This document shows positions 27,502-32,000 of a DNA stretch of 32,000 bases, piece by piece; position 1 is the stretch's first letter; every line of letters begins with the position of its first letter. Made by a program: the position numbers and the translations under genes. The notes beneath the pieces are model-generated. The model did no database searches. It was not told the origin of the DNA and worked only from the letters and a program-made list of their open reading frames with translations. This DNA is from Erysipelothrix larvae (lineage in GTDB: Bacteria; Bacillota_I; Bacilli_A; Erysipelotrichales; Erysipelotrichaceae). The stretch spans positions 810,001-842,000 of the forward strand of contig NZ_CP013213.1 in NCBI RefSeq assembly GCF_001545095.1, given 5' to 3'.

Positions 27502-27775
27502 TATATCACAATATTTTATACGTGTCAATTTAGTTTATAATCTAATATGAAATGAGACCTTACTTAAAAAGACTTGCGCGTATAGAATTGAAATATTAGG
27601 CAAATAAGACTTCAATAGTAGAGTGAACCTATGAACAACGCACAACACGGTGGTATAAGATTTAAATGAAGACGTGCATATTAGTAAAGGTAAACTCATA
27701 GGTTCAGAGATTGTATTCTACAAAGCTCGAAGCATTGGCAAAGACTTTTCTTGGTGAGAATAATAACGTTTTGAA

Positions 27776-28254
27776 ATGAAGACCAAGATGCTCATTGAAT
27801 CCATCGAACTCAAAGAGAAGCAACTCAAAGAACTGTATAACAAATACGAAGAATTAGCGCTTAAGCTTCACTATCCGATTTTACAACTCCTGGAATAGGA
27901 ATTAATACAGGTTTTACTATCCTTTGCGAGATTCAAGACATCAACCTCTTCGACTCTGCAAGGAAGCTGGTTGCATTCTCCGGGTGTAATTCTTTTTGTG
28001 TATCAATCCGGGATTACAACGCACCTACTACAGCGATATCTAAACTAGAATCATTTCATCTTCGTCGTGCACTGTATCAAGTTGCATTGACCGTTAGTGA
28101 TTTCAACCCAACTTTCAAATCTTATTGTTCATTAAAACGTTCTCAAGGTAAAAGTCATCGTTGTGCACAAGGTCATGTTGTTCGTAAACTACTTAGAGTT
28201 ATTTTTAAGCTGCTGACTGAAAACCTAGAATTTAATCCAGATCTCAGCAAATAG
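27776..28254 (+). pseudogene. IS110-family transposase remnant (5'-truncated and frameshifted)
   Basis: One frame gives ...TPGIGINTGFTILCEIQDINLFDSARKLVAFSGCNSF..ISKLESFHLRRALYQVALTVSDFNPTFKSYCSLKRSQGKSHRCAQGHVVRKLLRVIFKLLTENLEFNP, the conserved IS110 C-terminal domain. The preceding helical part (MKTKMLIESIELKEKQLKEL..) lies in a different frame. No N-terminal DEDD domain was found. Confidence 0.75.
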
Positions 28255-28912
28255 TAATTGTTTTGCAATATTACTTTATTGAGACGATTCATTCGTTGTT
28301 TTCAGTGTATACATATTCACTTTTCAAAGACCTTTCAATAATTCTAACTTTTAGTTTGGACAAATATACAGTTAGCTCCTTCATTTGAAAAGCAACAAGA
28401 ATTAGTTAGGAGGACAGAAGATGAAAGTTTTATTCCTCCTTATCATAAAATATTCCTCGATTTGGACAGAAATGCAATTCAATACGTGGAAGTTGTTTTT
28501 GGACCCAAAATGACTGATGCAAAAAAAATACTAGCAATATCACTATTAAAAAAATTTGTACCAAGAGCATCTTATCGTGATAGTTGTCTAAAAATAAAAT
28601 AATAATACATTGAATAGTGCTCAGAAATCGTTTTTTTTTTTTATTGCAAAGGACGACGATTAAAAACAAAGGATAAACGATAGCTTTATACCTTAGTGAG
28701 TATAGCAAGAACTAAAGTTTTATACTATGAGTTCTGACACAATTTCACCTATTGACTATTATGTCTATAGATTGGAATACTATGAACAATCACGGATTTC
28801 ACGAATCGAATGCAAACAGTATATTTCTGAGGTAATGTAATCAACAATTTTTTAATATTTAATTGACTTAGTAACGTCATTATCAGGAAATCACACACAA
28901 TAAGTGATTGAC

Positions 28913-29827
28913 CTAAAGTAATCTTTCTAATCCAATACCGCTTATTAAACAGCGTTCTTTTTTATTTCCAAGCATTTGATAAGTCCAGTCGACAAAACCA
29001 CCATCAACCATTTCAACGGTTTCATTTCCTTGTTTGACCGATAATTTGAAATTGATACCTTTATAATAATTATTATCAACATCATCATCGTGAATTGACA
29101 ACTCTATATTAGGAAAAATAAGTTTGATAGTTTCAACCATTCTGTCGAAAAATCCGTCATTATCTTTGTATCCGTTACGTTTGCGTAGAGTAATAGAGAA
29201 ACGACCATTTTCTATTTCACTGAGTACATCCTTATAATAATTTAAATGCTTTTCTAACAACATTTTTTCACAAGTGTAAGACCCTGTATCGATACCGGAT
29301 GAAACCATGCAAAATAAGCAAAAATGTGAATATAAACCTTCTCCTACAAAATTTTGCGCTCTTATTGCCCTAGCAGTAGTAGCCATGTGAATCGGTACTG
29401 TGTTACTTTCTTCTTTTCTTTTTAATTTATCAGCGATAATTATAGCCAACATATTAGAAGGATCGGAAAGTATTTCTATCCCTCGAAGAGCACTTACAAC
29501 GTTATATTGATCTACTGAGCCAAAAGCACTACAGCTACCTAATGGAGCGGAGGGAGAAAGCATAATCGGCTTGATATCCATTTTGCGTGCTTTACTCAAT
29601 AATTTTGATTCCAAAGTATGAATTTTTTCTGGGTCTATACTGCTAGGGATCGTAAATCTATTAGCTTGGTATGACTTTAGAATATCAGATGCAGCTAACG
29701 TATTTGCTTGTCTATCAAACACTTCTAATAGAAGTGAATTCAAATCTGATTTTGATAGAGATGATAACTTGCCAACTATATCTTTATCCCCAATTTTATT
29801 TGTAATTCTAGTTAAAATATCACTCAT
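28913..29827 (-). CDS. Orphan class II aminoacyl-tRNA-synthetase-like (HisRS/HisZ-like) catalytic-core protein without an anticodon-binding domain
   Basis: GGAGGA RBS and a TATAAT box lie upstream. The C-terminus YYKGINFKL..(12 aa)..GGFVDWTYQMLGNKKERCLISGIGLERLL* parallels HisRS DYYTG.vFE...GGRYD.L...G....a.GFa.G.ERL. The central ALRGIEILSDP....PIHMATTARAIRAQNFVGEGLYSHFCLFCMVSSG parallels LRPEGT....P.k.yy.gpmFRYErpQ.GR.RqF.Q.G.E.iG. The family assignment is by eye only. Confidence 0.5.
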   Translation of the reverse strand: MSDILTRITNKIGDKDIVGKLSSLSKSDLNSLLLEVFDRQANTLAASDILKSYQANRFTIPSSIDPEKIHTLESKLLSKARKMDIKPIMLSPSAPLGSCSAFGSVDQYNVVSALRGIEILSDPSNMLAIIIADKLKRKEESNTVPIHMATTARAIRAQNFVGEGLYSHFCLFCMVSSGIDTGSYTCEKMLLEKHLNYYKDVLSEIENGRFSITLRKRNGYKDNDGFFDRMVETIKLIFPNIELSIHDDDVDNNYYKGINFKLSVKQGNETVEMVDGGFVDWTYQMLGNKKERCLISGIGLERLL

Positions 29828-29954
29828 AGTTATCCTCCGTACTGTTACTTTTTAAAATGATTATAGAGTGCCAGCAACTACTAATCTAGGTCGTTTGACC
29901 AACAATTAAGTAAATATTGAATACATACTATTTAATGTATTTTTTACTTTGGGT

Positions 29955-30737
29955 TTATTTGATTAAATCATGAAAATACCGTAATGCAACCCTTTCAGCT
30001 TCAACCTTTCGGAAAAATGAACTTTGTGATAATTTCTCTCTTAACTCAAGATATAGGTTGATAGTAGCCTTCAATGCATTAACACAGCTTTCGTAATCAT
30101 GAGTAGCGACCGTTTTTTCTAATGCTTCAATATATTGGGGTGCGTCCAATTCAATTTTTCTAACTCCACGAGGTAATTTACCTAAGTGAAGCTGTATCAA
30201 TGGGGCAAGTACTGATTGCCTTAAGAAAGATAAGAAATCAATTGTTTCAAATAGTTCTCTACGTCCAATCTTAGTACAAGCGTAATGAACCCAAATCCAA
30301 AATCTATCTTCAATCCACTGTAAGTCTGGAGTTGGGAAGTGTGGTTCCTTTTTAGAATACATTTCTGTTATGCAATTGTTTTCTTCATAGAGAATAACTG
30401 AATCTTCAACTCTATCCAGTAAACCGTTTAAGGTTGTGAACTTAAAATCAACATGAAGAACAGGGGAATCATAGAGGGAGATGATCAATCGAGGTTCTCC
30501 CACATGTTCGCCAGTAAAAGCAGAAACTAATGTACCAAACTGTTCCACGATAAGTAATCGTTGTTCGTTAACTTCTTCATAGGATTTATCTTCTACTACA
30601 ATCACAAAATCCAAATCAGAATATTCATCTAACGATTTTGTGATATAAGAACCGCTAATTGCTAGTCCTATTAGCCTACTATCTCTTATTGAAAATTCTA
30701 ATACCTTTTGGATCATATCTTGTTGTGTTTTTGTCAT
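29955..30737 (-). CDS. Nucleotidyltransferase-fold protein, ANT(6)/Lnu(B)-like (putative small-molecule or antibiotic nucleotidyltransferase)
   Basis: The motif GSYITKSLDEYSDLDFVIVV fits G-S-x(n)-D-x-D. The preceding helix QQDMIQKVLEFSIRDSRL and the C-terminal helical domain EDRFWIWVHYACTKIGRRELFETIDFL parallel the ANT(6) and LnuB layouts. The ATG at 30737 is preferred over the TTG at 30770. Confidence 0.6.
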   Translation of the reverse strand: MTKTQQDMIQKVLEFSIRDSRLIGLAISGSYITKSLDEYSDLDFVIVVEDKSYEEVNEQRLLIVEQFGTLVSAFTGEHVGEPRLIISLYDSPVLHVDFKFTTLNGLLDRVEDSVILYEENNCITEMYSKKEPHFPTPDLQWIEDRFWIWVHYACTKIGRRELFETIDFLSFLRQSVLAPLIQLHLGKLPRGVRKIELDAPQYIEALEKTVATHDYESCVNALKATINLYLELREKLSQSSFFRKVEAERVALRYFHDLIK

Positions 30738-30891
30738 AATATAACACCGTTCACTTTCTTGTATTAACAATCAATCTAATTTAATAATGCATAAGAATAG
30801 TATATAACGAAGAAATACAAGGAATAGGTCACTTGACCCGAAATAAAAAAGTATTGAATAGTTATTATTCGATACTTTATTAAAATCCTAC

Positions 30892-31512
30892 TTATGTTGT
30901 TGGAAGATTCTTTAATACCTCCCGCTGGTTAATTACACTAAATCTTTTATTTTCATACGCAATTAGCTGTTCTTTTACACATTCATTTATAGCACGATTA
31001 ATGCTTCTAATTGGAGCATTTACTTCGCTAGCAAGCTGTTTTTTGGTAAGTAGGTTTAATTCACTTCTATGATAGTGTAAGGATATACACCTCAGAACTC
31101 GTTCCTTAACACTTAATGATGATAATTCTTCAATTAGTTCAGCATTTATAACTAATTTATTGGTTATATCTCGAATCAGAAATTTTGTAGCTTCAAAATC
31201 TCCTCTTAACCAGTTTAGAAAATCATCTCTATGAAGTTTATATACATTACAATCTGTAAAAGCGACAATTTCAACGGGTTTTTTTCCATCATTGAATTGT
31301 TCCGTTTCTCCAAAAAAACTACCGCTTCTATAAAGGTGAATAGTTGAGATGTTTCCTTTCACATTTAGAATGAATGCTTCTGCAATACCATCAATCATAA
31401 AAATTACATATTCATTGTCTTGCTCAGCAAAAAGAATAGTTTCATTCTTTTTATACGTCTTTTTTACAAGCTTCTTTTTAATGTCTTCATTCATTAAATC
31501 AATTAAATGCAT
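30892..31512 (-). CDS. Crp/Fnr family transcriptional regulator
   Basis: An N-terminal cNMP-binding-like beta-barrel is present (FMIDGIAEAF...GSFFGE). The C-terminal HTH is KKQLASEVNAPIRSINRAINEC. The second ATG (31512) has better AAGGAG spacing than the first (31518). Confidence 0.85.
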   Translation of the reverse strand: MHLIDLMNEDIKKKLVKKTYKKNETILFAEQDNEYVIFMIDGIAEAFILNVKGNISTIHLYRSGSFFGETEQFNDGKKPVEIVAFTDCNVYKLHRDDFLNWLRGDFEATKFLIRDITNKLVINAELIEELSSLSVKERVLRCISLHYHRSELNLLTKKQLASEVNAPIRSINRAINECVKEQLIAYENKRFSVINQREVLKNLPTT

Positions 31513-31795
31513 ATTCATCTCTCCTTACCAAATCTTTGATTGAATTATAACATCTTTCAATTAGTTAGGTAAGATAGGTAAAATATATTCGCATAGAACC
31601 TTTTTCATCATAATTTATCGAGTTGGTATTTTTCTGGAAAGTAAGCTCAAACTCGGGAAGCTGTGTAACTTTGATTTCCTTACCAGGTGTTTTATTGTTA
31701 CAGTATCGGTCACTTGATTGTAATAGTGCTCGTTGCCCTTTTATATAGAATGCTAGATAAATCGTTTTTTTATTTGGAACGTCAAATAACATACA

Positions 31796-31814
31796 TGACC
31801 ACTTTTGAAGTGGT
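31796..31814 (+). repeat. 19-nt palindromic repeat TGACCACTTTTGAAGTGGT (copy 2)
   Basis: This is an exact match to 25900-25918 in the same orientation. Confidence 0.9.
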
Positions 31815-31883
31815 AATTTGAGTTTATTTCAGGAAGATATATCACATTTAGTGGAGGTTGATTTGTGATATGGATACTGATCA

Positions 31884-31911
31884 GAAAAAAGACACTTAAA
31901 TCCAAGTGTCT
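31884..31911 (-). terminator. Rho-independent terminator of the minus-strand gene that enters from the right window edge
   Basis: The minus strand reads AGACACTT-ggattt-AAGTGTCT followed by TTTTTT, 7 nt after the stop. Confidence 0.65.
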
Positions 31912-31917
31912 CTATTC

Positions 31918-32000
31918 TTATGTGCGAATTGTTGAAATGTTTGTGGTTTTTTGTGCATAACTTCTTCGAATATAGAAGTAACCTTTTTAGCGGTGCCAAA
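31918..32000 (-). CDS. 3' end of an unidentified minus-strand CDS (start outside the window)
   Basis: The open frame from the window edge reads ...FGTAKKVTSIFEEVMHKKPQTFQQFAH*. A terminator follows it. It is absent from the ORF track because it has no start codon in the window. Confidence 0.4.

Noticed and set aside
28430-28708. 92-aa minus-strand ORF in the island gap
   Set aside because: It has a TTG start and no SD. Its composition is low-complexity (Lys run from the T-tract, Ile/Leu/Phe-rich). It overlaps the better-supported plus-strand small ORFs. It is probably not a gene.
28727-28840. 37-codon plus-strand ORF (MSSDTISPIDYYVYRLEYYEQSRISRIECKQYISEVM)
   Set aside because: The composition is protein-like, but there is no RBS or promoter and it is too short to assess. 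It may be a fragment of a lost gene.
31565-31792. 75-aa minus-strand ORF between the Crp gene and the 19-nt repeat
   Set aside because: It has no recognisable SD because the start codon abuts the hairpin repeat. No family was recognised. It is left unannotated, though it could be a real small island gene.

Overview
The window looks like a low-GC Firmicutes-type chromosomal segment: AGGAGG-type ribosome-binding sites, an LPXTG surface protein, a LicT/RAT antiterminator, a glmS ribozyme and rho-independent terminators. From 1 to about 24.8 kb it is mostly core or carbohydrate-related. This part holds a LysR fragment, an HD hydrolase, and an intact ISL3 insertion sequence with a perfect 8-bp target duplication beside a stand-alone tRNA-Ile/tRNA-Ala pair. 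It also holds a Na/Pi cotransporter with one in-frame TAA, a 1063-aa LPXTG protein, a membrane-anchored lipase, a PPC/DUF296 protein and tRNA-Thr. It continues with a licT-bglP-bglA operon behind a RAT/terminator, a second LysR gene, panE, orphan PTS EIIA and EIIB genes, flavodoxin, coaD, and glmS with its ribozyme. From tRNA-Arg(CCU) at 24744-24818 to about 31.9 kb the sequence looks like an AT-richer accessory island. It contains a decayed IS4-like element with roughly 60-nt inverted repeats, a TetR/FMN-binding/flavodoxin-like operon, a frameshifted IS110 transposase remnant, and a Crp/Fnr regulator followed by an ANT(6)/Lnu-like nucleotidyltransferase and an orphan protein. By eye that orphan protein is a truncated HisRS/HisZ-like class II aminoacyl-tRNA-synthetase core. 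A perfect 19-nt palindromic direct repeat brackets the 5.9-kb cargo. The best novelty candidates are the aaRS-like/nucleotidyltransferase/Crp module, the repeat-bracketed island, and an orphan promoter-to-terminator unit upstream of coaD that encodes a structured RNA with an exposed anti-Shine-Dalgarno loop. No CRISPR array or rRNA gene was seen. All protein family calls come from reading motifs by eye, not from database searches.
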